Assembly: GCF_022539665.2 (NCBI RefSeq)
Contig: NC_081331.1
Location: 8,866,001 to 8,930,000, forward strand
Length of the DNA stretch: 64,000 bases
Origin: Daphnia carinata
Lineage: Eukaryota
Direction: 5' to 3'
The notes beneath the pieces were generated by a model that did no database searches, was not told the DNA's origin, and was given only the letters and a program-made list of their open reading frames with translations. Shown piece by piece: positions 23,888 to 37,477 of the stretch. Made by a program: the position numbers and the translations under genes. Each line of letters begins with the position of its first letter. Within the stretch, counting starts at the first letter, position 1.

Positions 23888-26800
23888 TGTCACCTACAGG
23901 GCTGTAGAGGGCACGGGCCCGCAAATGTAGTGACCCTTTGTTGTCTTCTTCTTGTGCCCCTTTTTCTTAGAAAAAAGGCAGTATGGTATCGTCCAAGTAT
24001 CAGACCCAGACAGTCTTTGTTTTTGGTCCCCTCTTTGCTTTCCAGACAAGTCGTCCCGTTTTTTCACAGTCTCGTCTTACGTTCTGTTTCAGTTTGTCCC
24101 TCTTCCAACGTCAAGTGTTTCGTTTTGTCCAGTCTCAATCCAGAAATAAAATTTGTTTCTTTCATCCACATTATCACCCTCATTTTCATCCTGTCTCTGT
24201 TACGACTCATGCACGAGAGTCAGTAACAAATGGTGCCGAAATCCGGGATTTGACGAATACGTGCATTTCCCGTCCTCGTTTGTAAAAACCCTCGCTTGAT
24301 TTGTAAATTGTCGGGTATTTTCCCTGTAAACATTTGGCAGACGTCCACGCCAGCCTGAAGGCACCTACCTGTCCACCATGCGTTTGCCATCTGACTTGAA
24401 GATCAGTGTATCTACGTGAATCATCGACATCCGTTAACGTGTGACTCTATCAGCCTAAGAAAACGTTTCTACGTCATGAGTGAAGCCGCACCCAAAGCCG
24501 AAAATATGGAAATTGGCCACATTTGGGAACACGGCCCGAACACAATGGTAGACGCATCGAAACCTGAACGGCAGAAGAGTGAACGACCATTACTTCCCGA
24601 AAACGATCTCAAGAAGAAACGTGGTAAGAGAAAGGCGGCCCATACGAAGTTAACGACACAACTCAGAAAGGCTGTGGAAGACCACAAGATGGGAGCCATC
24701 GTATTGAAGAAATTGCAAATAGCAGCATGGCGTGACGAATTGATTCGTATTTACGATGAAGTCAAAGCAATTCACAACCAATATACAGAAAGTATATCCG
24801 ACCTCACTGAGCAGCAACGTTAAGCATGTGACAAGTGGGAAGCAGACTTCGAAACAGACCACGTTGAAGTTATCAAATTCGCAAGTCACTACGCCACTTC
24901 CTCAAATCAGTCCGTCAGCTCGATAGGGACATCAGCTTCGGACATCACATGTAGTACCACGTTATCTGGAAAGAGGCGTACCAACGTTAAACCAGCCAGC
25001 CTTCTCCAACAATCAACCCAAGGAGAGTTGGAGACTGAAGCACAGATGCTGAAGCTGGAATTGAAGTTGGAAACGGCAAGGGCTCAGATGGAAGCAAACA
25101 CAACTTCCATCACAGAAACCCTCAACAAGGCGTTAAGGAGCATGAGCGAACAACTGAGTAAGCTCATTGATAGTTCAAGAGTCACGTCCCAAGACATAGC
25201 GACCAACAACACGTTAGTCCGGGAAGCACATCACACGTTGGACGGTTTAGATCAGAAGATTGACACAGTTACGGTGGAGTTGAACGTTAAAATCGAAGGT
25301 CTACGATCAGAAATGGACGAGATGAAAGCTCAACCACGAACGATTCAATATCAGCGACCTTCTGAGCGACCACAAGTCCTACCAACTCGTCATGACGTCT
25401 TAACCCTGTCACCCCTCCGCACGATGGAAGACGCAGTCCGACATCGTAGAAGATTAGTCGCCGCCGATGCATCTCCACGAGACCCGCGGCGAGGGGAGAG
25501 GGCCACGATGATGTCCAGTTGCGACCCTACGGACCACGACGAAGATGAGCGTTCTGAACGTTCTCATACCCATAGTCATCGTCCTCACAGCAGCTGTTGC
25601 AGTCGTATACAACCTCCAAACAAGATCCAGCCGTTCGATGGTAACCCGAAGAATTACGCGCGATTCAAGGCCAAATTCCAGGCCCTGTATGAAGATTATG
25701 AAGATTCTCCGGTACTTCTCTTTATGCTGGAGGGGTTGCTGACCGAAGAGGTACGAAATGAAATCGGTGAATGTCTTACCGATGGAACGATGTACTCTGT
25801 TGTGTGGGAACGTTTGGACGCGGTCTACGGTCGTACGGAAATCATGGACCAGACATACCTCGACGACCTTTTACAGGTCCCGCCATTGAAGAGCCTAGAC
25901 GCTGCCAGCCTCAAGACACTCGCAAACCGTCTCCATGGTGCAGTAGCCACGCTCTCCAAGTCGAAGTATGCCCATGAGCTATACAGCCGTACAACGTTGA
26001 TGGCCTTAGAAGCAAAATTAACGCCTTACCTCAAAGATAAGTGGAACGAGAAACGAAAAAAGACAGGACTAGAACTGAATGTTCTAGACTTGGACGACTG
26101 GGTAACGTTAAAATCCATGAGCAAGCAACATGGAAAAAATGTATTCGAGTCTTTACCTACGTCGACGTCCAAAGGTGTAAAGTTCGACGAAAGGAAGCCC
26201 GTCAAGAGACCCAGCTTCCCACACACGTCGACCATTGGACACGTATCGACGATGGAAGGTTCGAAAGTAGCGGCGTCAACATCTTCAGCAACTATGCCTC
26301 CAAGGAGCCGATCAACATCGGGGAAGGTACAAGCCGAGAAGACGGAACGGTGGAAATGCTTTGTATGTAATGGCAGGAGCCACCATCTCTCAACCTGTAC
26401 CGTCTTCATGTCTCTCACGCCCACGAAAAGGGCTGAGAAAGTATTCAAGTCCGGAAGATGTCTGTCCCAGGTACGTCAGCTGTACTATCGCTGATTGTAC
26501 AGCTGACCGACCAGCTACAGATATTGTACTGGAAACCGACACCACACCTTGCTTCACGGATCCGAATTCATCCCATTGAGGAGGATAGCGGACCAACCTG
26601 CCCCATCAGCGTCACCTTCGACAGCTTTCCTAGGGACCTTGACCCACCTGGAAACAGTAAAACGACGCGTACGTTTCAAGATCGTACCGGTTCGTGTTGG
26701 AGCTGGCAAAACGTGGGTCGACACTTTCGGTTTCCTGGATACCGGAAGCGACATCACGCTGATTAGGAGCGATTTAGTAAGAAAGCTGGGACTCGTTGGG

Positions 26801-27345
26801 CCATCTAAACGCATCAACGTCGTCTCGTATGACGGAGCCACGTCTAACGTCACGGCTTCCGTAGTAAACTTCGCCCTAACATCTCGTGATGGTAATAGCC
26901 AATTTGAAGTTAAACACGTTTACGTCGTCGACAACTTGAAGGTGACGCCGACTTCGCCAATCGACCCTCGACAGTTGGAGTCATGGAAACACCTACGTGG
27001 TATTGACGTCCCGACCGTGCAACAAGAGGACGTGACCGTGCTGATAGGAATCGACGTCGCAGAGGCCCATGATCATGTAGCTTCCATCAAGCCGCCGGCT
27101 GGAACGACTAGGCCCATCGCCTTCAAGACGCCGTTTGGCTGGTGTTTGGGTGGACAAACGGGTCCGCCACAAGACGGACGCCCGTTCATCGCTCATCTGG
27201 CCACCGTTGAACGTCCCGAAAACCTAAATGAGCTGGTGAAGAAGTTCTGGCAACTTGAGGCCAGTGAAGTAGAAATAGAACCACTCGTTCTATCTGAGGA
27301 AGACCTACGTGGAAAAAGCATCCTAGAATCTTCCGTAAAACGTAT
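23888..27345 (+). mobile_element. BEL/Pao LTR retrotransposon BEL-2 (5' LTR, gag, protease; 3' half deleted), nested in the BEL-1 RT in opposite orientation
   Basis: LTR 23888-24228 (TGTCAC...TAACA); PBS TGGTGCCGAAATCCGGGA (24231-24248, tRNA-Phe, 1 mismatch); gag ORF 25028-26494 (IQPFDGNPKNYARF, CFVCNGRSHHLSTC); protease FLDTGSD; KTPFGWCL. Confidence 0.92.
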
Positions 27346-30300
27346 CGGGACGGGCAGCCTACGGAAACGCAACAGCACTCCTATCATTGGTGTCAGCAGA
27401 TCGGGACCTTTGAACACATGCTCGTTAAGGTTTGTCACTTTGTGGCGGGCAGATGGGTTGAACACAACTCGGACCTTTCTGGGTTTGTTGGGTTTGGTGA
27501 CTCCGTGATGAGGGAGATACCAAATTGGGTTATTTGTCTCCATTGTGTCAGATAATTTTGCGTGACCCAACGAAATGTATTCTTCTATGACGCGAGAATA
27601 ACTGCTGGCGTACTGAGGATCCCTCTGAAATCTTTTTTCTAACGCCTGAAAGCGACGAGCAGCTACTTCTCTGTTGTTTGGGAGTTGGAGGTCCTGATGA
27701 CGTAACCTGAGACCCACTTCATACCTTTCTCCGGTGTGGCGAACGGTATTTTCTAAAATACGCAGTGCCTTCATCTCGTCGGGAGCTAGTATCGTTTGAC
27801 TGAGAGGTCTTACGCCGAAGGATTCGGTGAGCCAGAAGTTCGCCACAGCTTCTTGTAGCTCTCCGTCATTTTGGCTATGTTGAATGTGCATGATTTTGGT
27901 ATCACTCCCGTGCTCTGGTGATGATAGCACTGACATGGGTACTGGTCCGGTAAGGCACCATCCAAAATGAGTTTTCAGTCCGTCTGGGGCTTCCACTCCG
28001 TCCGGAGGTATTCTCGTGTCCAGCACATCGTGAACGCGCAAGACATCTCGGCCCAGCAGCACTGTCACTTTGCTTGAATCGATGTGGGGCAAATCGGGTT
28101 CTTGAAGATGTTGCCACCTATATTTGATCTTTGGCCAGTTGATCGTCCGCTTCGTAATCTTCATTTGAGGAACAGAATAAGCGGCCTTGACGATGAAAGA
28201 CCGAGATCCATCTCTTGGTAGGATGTGAAACTGGACCCGTTTTACTTGGATTGCTGGGTCTTCACCATGGAAAGTACCCAATCTAGTCATCTCTGTTGGT
28301 CCGTCCAGCTGTAATTGAGTTGACATTTTGTTTAGAATCAACGTAGCTTCGCTTCCTTGGTCTAACAGGGCAAATGTATTGATGCTCTTGTGCTGAGATT
28401 TGACGGTGACTGGAACTACTTGAAGGAGTGTGCTTATTGGAGCGCCCTCCACGCAATGGCTTAAGACGTTTGCCGAGAGACCTTTTCTGGGTTTTGTTCC
28501 TTCTGTTTCGCCAGACCGTTGAAACATCCGCGAAGCTCCGTGAAGAAGTGAAAGATGACGGGCATTCCACCCCGATGCTTCACACCACTTTTTGCTCATG
28601 CAGTCTTTCGCGAAATGGCCTCTGCATAAACACTTGAGACAACAGCCCCATTCTTTTATGGCGTGCGCTCGTTCCTCAATCGATTTCGCGCTGAAGGTTT
28701 CTCATTGTGCAAGGCGATGGTTCTCCTTGCACAGATGGCAAGTGGGGTTTTTGTTTGTCCCGGTTGTTTGTTTGTCTGCCGATTTGGGGTCGGTTTTTTC
28801 ATCCGAGTGGACAGGGGGTCACCCCAAAGTGTTTATCGTTGGGGAGTAGTTGGGTTTGCTTGATTCCGGCCGGCCCGTTTTCAGCCCGGTCTTTACTGTG
28901 TTCGGATATGTTGACGTGTGGACTAAACAGTGTTTGGCCATCATTTCGTTCTTGACCAGAGTGTGGATCCATGAGGAGAAATCTTGCAGTGTCAGGTATG
29001 TTGGGTTTTTTTTCACAATCTTTCTCCCCCACCTGCTTTGGATGTCGATTGGGAGTTTTGCGAGGATGAGCTCAAGCAGTCCTGAGAGAACCTCCATTTC
29101 TGAGAGACGCCACAGCACCACTTACAGTTTGTGAAAACCGAAGCAAGGTTTTGTAGTCGTGATTGGTGACTCTTGGCAGATTCACGAGAGACTGGATGAA
29201 CGCTCTGGACACGATGTGTGGATGTCCGTAAGTGCTCTCTAACTCGTGCAATGCCTGCTGGTACAACGCTGGGCTGCTTAGGGAATCTCCTAATCCTTCA
29301 CGAATCTCCTGAACTAGGCATTGTTTTAAAATTGCCATTTTTTGTGTCGTTGACATGTTTGGATCTGAGTGGACCAAATCTCGAAAGATTGCAATGAAAT
29401 CTGGCCACTTCTTAGGGTCCCTATCAAACGGCTTTAGATCCAATTTTGGAAGGCGAAACACCGCTCTCGAAGAGTTGTAATATTGTGTTTGCTCATTTCC
29501 TCGACTAGTGGTGGGTGATTCGAATGCCCAGCTCCTAGCTTTGCCTGGGGGATCTTGCGGTTCAGAAATTAGTGTTATGCCTGCATTGCACCTGGTTTTG
29601 TCTGACGAGGGCTGACGCGGGTCGAGGTTTTCGTGTTCAGTGGTCATACTGGTAATTTGCGTTTTCGGTTACACAGAGCTTGAGGTAATCCTCTTGTTGC
29701 GTTGTTGAGAACAAGCTTTGAGAGACATTGTCTGGACGACCTTCCACAGCAAGCAGTGTTGACTTGATTTTTTCTGGATGCTTCGAGTTCTATTGTTAAC
29801 TTATTCATTTTGCTCTCTAATTCCCGAGTGTGCCGACGTTGATCGAGGGTCCGAGCGTATTTTTCTTCTTCTAGAGCTCGTTTTTGTTTTTGAATTTCTT
29901 CGCGCAACGCATTTTCGACTTCCGTGCGTTTGCGTCTTTCGTCTTCTAACGTTCGGTCTCTCTCGATTAGCATCGCTTCGAGTCTTTTACTGTCTTCAGA
30001 TTGTCTCTTGTTGAGCTCTACTGTGAAATAATCCAGTTGATTCTGTAGTTTTTCTTTTAACTTCCTTGCGAGAGAGCTTGTAGCAGAAAGTTGTGATACT
30101 GAAGTTGCCGCTTGGCTGACAGATTTTCCAACGTTGGAACCCTTATCATCTTCACTCCTGTTCATTTGCGCCATGCAACGCGTTATCATGGGTGTTGGTG
30201 TGTTGGCAGAGTGTGGAAGTTCTTGAATTGAGTGTGTGGATTCATTACTAGAATGCCTGGACTAGGACTAGAATGCCTGGATTGTGTTCGCGGAACCGTT

Positions 30301-31350
30301 CTCAAATACTCTTCGATCCTTTCGTGGCAAACACCCGTGGCTTGCTCCAACTCCATAACCCATTGCCCGTCCGGTCGTTGTGTTAGATCACTGGAGTTGC
30401 AATACACATTGTGGACCCTGATCCACTCTTCAAGTTGATTTGCCAACTCCTTTCTCATGAACTTTAATTCGGTGCTTCCGAGGTCTAGCATATGTTTTTC
30501 GATTCTCTGAAGCAGTCGGGTGTGTCTGCGTTTCTCGGTTGCCCTTATTTGCTTGTTTGTTCTTGCCTCAAAAAGGGGGAGAAACTCTGCTGTGTATTCG
30601 GTTTGTATGTCAGCATTCTGACTCGGGGGCCTAGCTTCTGCCATCTTAGCTGAGGCAGGTGAGACGATTGTGATCTACTCGGAACATCTTTGACGATTGT
30701 TTGATGGAAGACACTGGAATAGACTGTTCCAATTTTTCCTTCCCCGTCCACAGCACTTAGTTATTGTAGCCATAACCACTGAAACTGGTTTGGTATGGAA
30801 GACGACGACGGAATCCTTCCACGCTTTCAAATTTTTTTTTTTTTTACTGTTTTTGTTTGACTGTTTCTTTGATTATCTTTGGTTATGAGTGTTCTTTTTT
30901 TACACTGATCAACAGCGAATGGTAGCACTTGAATGATGTCACAGATATTTTTGGATTTGGAATTCGGCTGTGAGAAGTCGCGTGGTTACCTCGTGTCAGA
31001 CGACAGGTTACTTGATCAGGTATATAACACGGCCCTGGCGAATTCGATTAGCGACGTCGAATTGCCCGTGTTCGATTTTTTGGATTCGTTTGCAAGGTCG
31101 ATGCACCAAAATGTACGCCACGAATTTTAGCGTAAGAGTTTAGATTTGTTGCCACTTGTATTTTGTTTGTCTATTGAAAGTTCTGCTCGATGCCTAGTCC
31201 GTTTGACCGTACTGAGGCACTACTCGCACAACAATAAAGAACAAAAGGGGAAGGCAGGTAAAAAGAAAGCATGAGACAAAAATAATAGAAGTTCGACAAG
31301 CGCGGGATGTCCGGGAGCGTCATTAGTGGCCGATAGAGGCGTCAGGAACA

Positions 31351-33321
31351 CGAAACATCGAAACTTGGCAAGGCACCACACTAAAGCGAGACACTCTTTC
31401 CCTGTAATTGAATAATTGGTTTCTGATTTTGATAGTAAACGGCTAGCGTATGCTACTGGTCTTTAGATTCCTTCGACGCGCTGAGCCAGTACACCTCCAA
31501 TGCCGTAACTGCATGCGTCTGGTATAATTTCCATGTGGAGATCGTAGTTTGGATGGCCAAGGACCGGAGCTGACGTACGCGCCTCTTTCAGATCATTAAA
31601 ACTTTTAGCATGATCCATTCCCCAAATGAAAGGAGTTTCTTTCTTAGTTAACGAAGTGAGTGGACGTGCGATGGCCGCGAAATGCTGGATGTGACACCGA
31701 TAAGAACATAATCCCAGGAAGCTTTGCACTCGTTTAACTTTGTTTGCTGCCGAGTGACCTACCGCTGGTGATGGAAAGTCCCTGACCGCTTCCAACTTTT
31801 CGGGGTGTGGACCCACCCCTTCCTTGGTGACAACGTGCCCTAACACTTTTAAGGTATTCTCAGCAAACGAACACTTTGACCACTTTAGTTTTTCTCCAAC
31901 TTTTCCAAGGCAATCCAGCACTAAATGGAGCCGATCCAAGTGTTGTTCAAACGCTTCTGAGCAGACGATGACGTCATCCAGGTAGACCAACACGTTGTCC
32001 AACGTCGTCCGGCCAAAATAATATCGAATTGCCCGCTGAAATGTGCCAGGAGTATTCGTTAATCCAAAAGGGAGAGCATAGAAATGATATAGCCCATCCG
32101 CAGTTATGAATGCTGTTTTGGATCTATCCTCGCTGGCGACTGGAACCCGGTGGTATCCGGATTGAAGATCCATACTGGAACAAATGGGTTGCTCCTTCCA
32201 GGCGGCTCAAAGTGCTATGCGCGGCTATGCGCGGTAGAGGGTAAGAATCTTTTACGGTCACTGCATTAAGCTTCCGGTAATCCAAGCCAAAACACCAAGT
32301 TCCGTCTTTCTTTTTTACTAGGACCACAGGGGAAGCCCAAGGGCTGTCCGAGTGCTCGATTATTCCGTGCCGCAGCATTCCTTCCACTTATTTTTGAATC
32401 ACGGCTCGTTCTTTCTATGCACTTTTGTAAGGGAGCTGATGAATTGGTTGGTTATCCCCTGTATTAATGTCGTGCTCCACCAACGTGCAGTGTCCCAAAT
32501 CATCCTCGCTTAAAGCGAAGCAGGTAATGGAGTTCCGGAGGATTTTCAGCACTTCACTTCTTCGGTTTTCTTGCAGGTTTTTTCCAATTCTACTTTTCAA
32601 ATTAACCAATAATTCTTCAAATTCCTTATCCATTCTTCCAGTTGCAGCATTCGTTTGTGTGGCTCTGCCGGGTTCCTCTGGAATTTCCGACTCTCGAGCT
32701 ACGTCACAACAATTGCTACTTAATCACAAAAAATTTCCGTTGCTCACGGGCAACGAACTACAACTTGGCAATTTCCACTTATCCACAAAAAGATTTCGTT
32801 ACTCACGGGTAACGAATAACGAATGAACGATTGCCACTAAACCACAAAACTTCGTTACTCACGGGTAACGAACTACAACTTGGCAATTACTACTTTAAAA
32901 AAACGTCGCTACTCACGGGTTAGCGAATTACGATTCAACAAAAAGTTGTTACTCGCGGGTAACGGCTGCGTCTCCACCAATTGTCACATACGCTTTTGTA
33001 TTTAACTCTGAACGAAAGAATACAAGTGAGGACAACAAGTAACACGATCTTCGTCTCTAAATCAACCAAAGAATAAACAAGAACTTTACCGAAACTTGGA
33101 GCAACACTGTGAAAACCGCTAGGGAACCCACGAAAATCAACTAACACGAATTTGTAACTACTCTTTATACCCTTTTGTAAAATACTCCCCTTCCGGCTGA
33201 CGCATCCGCGTATCTTCCTAACTACTGATTCTTTTACTGATTCTCTTTCCCACGGCCCTAGCTACAGGAGCGGGGATTCATCTCTTTGAAGAGATAACTA
33301 CACCCCCTTTTACCCGCGACA
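31351..33321 (-). mobile_element. Ty3/Gypsy element Gypsy-1 remnant (5' LTR, PBS, RT, partial RNase H; gag and protease deleted)
   Basis: LTR 32982-33321 (TGTCGC...GTGACA); PBS TGGTGGAGACGCAGC (32965-32979, tRNA-Ala-like); RT SPWASPVVLVKKKDG, YLDD; RNase H DACSYGIGGVLAQ...KECLALVWCLAKFRCF, cut by the BEL-1 LTR. Confidence 0.9.
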
Positions 33322-33625
33322 ATATAATTATGTGTATATGCACAAGAAAGGGATATAAGGGTAAAAGAAAACACTTTATTTGAATTATTAACTAGTTTTA
33401 CGTTTACCAATACACTTTACCAATAGCAGACAGCAACATTTTATTTGACGACAGTATCAAAAGGCCAGTAGCAGACGTCTTTAACAACAACAACGAAAAC
33501 AATCGCAAGATAGTTGCCAATTATATTTTACTAGCTGTTTTTTTTTACGAAAAAGTAAAAAAAAAATTTATGGGGGTGTTAATTCGATTTTCATTTAAAT
33601 AATAAACTCAATTTTTATTTTTGAC

Positions 33626-33746
33626 AAGGGGTATTAGTTAAGGGGACATTCGTTAGGTGGGGCATTAATTTTGGGGGGAAAGAGTCAAAGGAGCAACTGC
33701 AGGAAAGTCGGGGGGGGGGAGCATTGGTCAAAGGCCGCAATCATCC
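33626..33746. mobile_element. Possible orphan end of a DNA transposon with GGGGCATTAG-type subterminal repeats
   Basis: Several GGGG(C/T)ATT(A/G) motifs ending in ...AATCATCC. A related motif cluster in opposite orientation lies at 56996-57135. Confidence 0.35.
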
Positions 33747-36700
33747 ACCTGCCGGTGCTCCTTGAAAACAGCCCATCAAGGTCGTTGCTTCATGGCGAAA
33801 GTAACGCAAAAAGTGTTGCAAGCTATGGGAAAAAACAACGGTACTATCTCGTACTTACCATACCGACTCCCTTCTATCTCGCCTAAGCGAGCGAGGCTGC
33901 TTTCCCTAAGGTGCCTACCTGCAAGGAGGTTGTTTTCGAATACTATGAACATTTTCAGACAAAACACGCGGGTCTAGGTTAGCTTGAATACCCAAGCTTA
34001 AATCCTAACAAATTTACGCTTGGAATCGTTAACTTGGAGGGGTTTGGAGCAGTCACTATCCAAGCTAACTTAAGGCTTGGGTAAGCTTAACGTTATGTAC
34101 GGGCCCGCTTACATTGTCCCTTCCCGCGGCATACCTTTAGACCTATCTCACACGGGTTTAACACCAAAATTCGCAGGTGATACAATTGTTCTGGCGAGTA
34201 CTGTATGGTATGAGGGGAAATGTGAGAGCACCGCATTAAAATTGTAGACTACATTGTATTCATTCATCATTTTAAATTTCAATCCCGCTTAAAGCGAAAT
34301 TGGCCAAAACACGAATCACCATCAAAAGCTATGAAAAGTTGCTTCAAGAATATGGTTATCATGGAAACATAATGTAAGGAGAGGTTTTGAAGTTAATCGT
34401 CGACTAAACTGTTACGCGAGAATAAGGGCTAGGGAAGCAAATCCGGCGTTAGTGTGGGGAACGGTAGAGGTGTCCTTATCGCTGAAAGACCACCCAAGTA
34501 AGAGAGGTCCGGCCTGCAATAATCCAATGTTAGTTATATAACAATTGTCTATCGTAGTTTTTTCCATCTGTCAACATGCGTGGCTGTAGCTATTTTGTTG
34601 TATACCGTAATTTATTCGATTGATAAACTATTTAAACGTTTCGATTCTGTTGCTTTAAATAAGTGGCATAACTGATATGAAAAATTTAACTTGACTTCTG
34701 TTAAGTATTTGCTGTACACACTTTTTTAGTTAGTCGAACGGCTTTATCGAAATAGGCTAGTTTCTTTTTTAAATACATGACGAGGAGCGATAAAATCCTT
34801 TTTGTCTTATGCTATTCACTGAAACCAATTTTTTGTTAAATGACCTTTTTTTTTAGTTGCAAGCATTATAACTTCTTGCAAGTATAATTGACAATTAAAA
34901 AGTCATTTCCTTTTCGAAGTGTGAGTTTTAATTTCCCACTGCTTAGGTCCATAGTGAGTAATGCCAATAATTTACCATTAAAGGTTACGTAAATATAAAG
35001 AGCAAACTTATGAATACGAAGCGCTTCGATAATGCTATTCAATTTAATAATAAAATATGCACGAAAAAACCCTTTAAATTAAATGAGGACGAAACTTTCG
35101 TTTTGGTTCAACGTTTTAAATTACAGAAACAAAAGCAACAGATTTTCTACCAAACGGCATTATGCAGGAGGTAACAGCTCGTCACGTTACGTTGCCGGCA
35201 GGAAAAAATTAGGAGCTCAAACATTGATTGCCGGAGAAATAGGTCCTGGAGAAATAGGACCCGGAGATTTAGGACCCAATGTTCAAACATTTTTTGAAGG
35301 GTCCTATTTCTCCTTGGTATTCGTCCTATTTCTCCTTCATAGATATCCCAAGTGTCCGCTGTTAGAAAAGAAGAACCGACGGGTTATGCAGTTTTCCGCA
35401 CTGCAAACAACGTTATCAATTGCTCGTCTAATCATTCCATCATAACTTTTTTGTTTGAATTCATATTTGTAATTTTTTTGCACGATTACATGCTCTATCT
35501 ATTGTTTTATACAGCTCATGTATAAAAGTTATATTTCTTTTTACGGAGTGTTTGGTTTTTAGCCTTTTACATTTTGTTACTGGCGTTTCCAGTCCTAGTA
35601 TCACCCCTTCCCGACTGATGTCCTTATTCCATGGGCGTTCCCGGGGGCGGGGGTCGCTCTTGCTAAAATACCCCTTAATACACTGATTAATAAGAAAAAA
35701 ATTACACATAGATAATTTAAAATACGTACATTTTGTAATAAAAAAACTATTTGCCACAAAACCATAGATAAAGACCTACATGGTAAGAACGAAAATAATG
35801 AGTTCCGCGGGGCTTTTGGTGGGTGCTGGGAACGAATATGTTAACATGAGGACTAGTTTATTATTATTAAAATTTGATACTAATGTTTATGGGAACAATA
35901 TTACAATCTATAACTATATATCGTCTGAAGCAAGGACAAGACAAAGGACTACTATAATTCACTCTTGATTCAAATACCATTTATTTCTTCATTACATTTT
36001 CAATTCTTTTCACAGTTACAAAGATTCCAATAATTATATTAAAATCAAACCCTACTTCTGTAACAATGCCAGGCGGTGAAAGCTGTCTGTTATATAGGGT
36101 AGGAGCGCTTTTCACCAAGGCATTAAATGTAATAAGCAAAACTGAAATGTCCAACTTGTGTAGGGACATCTATAGGAAAATTGCAATAGTTATGCGTGGC
36201 TTCTGTTAAAGCGGAAGAGGAACAATAACCTCACAAAGCTACTAATAATGACAAATCCAATTTAATTATTTTAGACCAGGCAAGACCTTTTTTTTGTGCG
36301 TCAGTGATTACCGAAGTCACTAAACCTTTTAAAATGAATCCAAGGTTTTTTTTTTTTTTATTTTCAACGATCATGGAGGGCATGCCAGTGTATTGTTATC
36401 CAAAACTTTCATGACACGGCTTGTAAATAATAGAACACGAGTCAGCTCATCTATGAGTCAATTTCTGCCATTCATACGATAATTTGGCCCATTTTTCGCT
36501 AGTTTATTTCATTTTATGCTTTCTTTTCATTTTTCGTTTTCTTAATGTTGATTTATCCCTTTTCTGTTGGTATTCCTTTCTCCATTCCTGTTCTTCGATG
36601 CGTTCAAACTTCAAACCACTTTTTTTCCTTTGTGATTTTGATTTTATCCTGTTTCTTAATTGGTTTGGCAAGTAATTCCACATTGTCTTTTGCACCTATT

Positions 36701-37477
36701 GCTCTTAGTATTGTTTACCTATTGTGATACAGTAAAGTAATAAAATATTTGAAGATCTAAGAAATTTTTTTTGTTAAATTTAAAGTTTACCTTAACACCT
36801 TCAGCTCTTTGCCGAGCACCTTCCCATGGCTGTTTCTCTTCAATGCTTCTTGCCTTATCAGCTTCACCTTTGCCTTCCAAGAATATCAATTTTTCTTTTA
36901 CTTTTTTTATGTTAATCATTGCCGCGTTTGGATCTAAAGTGGGTTTCAGTTTAATAGTCAAAAATCAGTGAGTGTTGATAACTAAGGAAGTACAACAACG
37001 CGCGGTAAAGAATCAAACGGCAAACTTGTATTGCTTGGCACTGAAAATAAAATGTTTTTTAGAATTACAGTAAACAAAAGATCATTATGGAAATTATTCA
37101 CCATTCTGGGTAGAAGGCTCGTTCTCACTTGAGGTAATTGGATCAACATACTGATGTTCGGCAATATTAATGTTGGCAATGGATCCACCGGGTGGCAATC
37201 AGAATAAGGTGCTCCTGATTCGGTTGCTGAACTTGTACAAATTGGTTCCTCAGTGGAATAAGCAATTCCCCGTACCGGCACACTGTCCACATCTGAGATT
37301 GCTACGAAAAAAATAAGATTACACTTCTCTGTGATTACAACCTTATGGAATGTTGAACAGTTGTGATTATTTTCCTGCTAGATAGTATCTGAGAGAATTA
37401 ATAGCTAACATTATCGCCCATCAGTTTGAACTGTTGAGAAATGATGTAATGGAACCAGTTATTTTGTTCTTATTTAG

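Larger units (their letters stand above)
21401..31350 (-). mobile_element. BEL/Pao LTR retrotransposon BEL-1, decayed, 3' LTR absent, interrupted by BEL-2
   Basis: 5' LTR 31112-31350 (TGT...ACA); PBS TGGTGCATCGACC (31096-31108, tRNA-Gly-like); gag (LPKLDLKPFDRDPKKWPDF, Cys/His knuckles); protease LLDQGSE; RT WYLPHHGV...VRVVFN and YVDN; RNase H SISRLELQGALLG; integrase GVDFFGP/SDNGTN/GGSWERLI; many frameshifts. Confidence 0.93.

Noticed and set aside
32738..32964. CRISPR-like palindromic repeat and spacer pattern
   Set aside because: Eukaryotic retrotransposon leader; spacers are related to one another and there are no cas genes.
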